From Amoebophrya sp. A120 (lineage: Eukaryota; Protista; Dinoflagellata): a DNA stretch of 64,000 nt. A program made the position numbers and the translations under genes. Shown here piece after piece: positions 63,639 through 64,000 of this stretch. Numbering within the stretch: position 1 is the first letter of the stretch; each line of letters opens with the position of its first letter. The stretch spans positions 9,864,650 through 9,928,649 of the forward strand of contig CAJINV010000002.1 of assembly GCA_905178155.1 (NCBI GenBank), given 5' to 3'. Below the pieces are notes generated by a model. That model saw nothing but the letters and a program-made list of their open reading frames with translations, ran no database searches and had not been told where the DNA came from.

Positions 63639-64000
63639 GAATGAAACGAAAATGACAAAAGAGAGACAATGAACACGCATGGAATCCGAATCGAAAATCG
63701 ACTTGTTTCAATCACAAACCTACCCAGAAACCGATCCATATTCTCAAGCAGATTCAATTTTTGTTCTTTTTTTTATTTTTGTTCTTTTTTTTGATCGCGA
63801 TCGGATCTTGATTCTATGTCATGATTCTTTTCGGTTTGTGCTTGAATCTTTATTTCGTTGCCTATCTGGGATTGGATATGAAAAAAATTCGGTTTGATTC
63901 AATTTTTCTTCGATTCATCGGAAAAAAATTGTATTTAATCGACGAGTCTAGCAAGATCGGTGTTTGAGGCGATTAAATATTTTTAATTGTCCAGCGAAAC

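Noticed and set aside
63680-64000. AT-rich tail with ttcgat/aatc motifs as another IR element
   Set aside because: No convincing TIR pair or TSD before the window ends.

Overview
Eukaryotic, gene-dense DNA with all supportable genes on the + strand and many inverted-repeat 'introner'-like insertions. This resembles the parasitic dinoflagellate Amoebophrya (Syndiniales), which is an inference and not a database result. The first 37 kb is one very large VPS13-family gene ending in a DysF domain. It is interrupted at 1119-18623 by a 17.5-kb tyrosine-recombinase retrotransposon with Ngaro/PAT-type split direct repeats (A1...B1-A2-spacer-B2) and no target-site duplication; removing it restores the host reading frame exactly. 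The element is unusually large. Besides RT/RNase H and YR, it carries a reconstructed ~1500-aa Gag-like ORF, two extra multi-exon genes, several predicted ~110-nt GT-AG introns (one in the RT gene) and two nested TIR elements with 6-bp TSDs, each of which can be removed in frame. The host genes carry further TIR/TSD insertions (TATC...GATA ends, 5-bp TSD) in both orientations, also removable in frame. Downstream lie an unknown membrane protein, an FAD oxidoreductase, a methyltransferase-like protein, a possible degenerate nitrilase-fold protein, an ABCD-type transporter, a Cys-repeat protein, a possible Patched/RND-like protein and an inositol polyphosphate kinase. All splice models were worked out by eye and need RNA confirmation.
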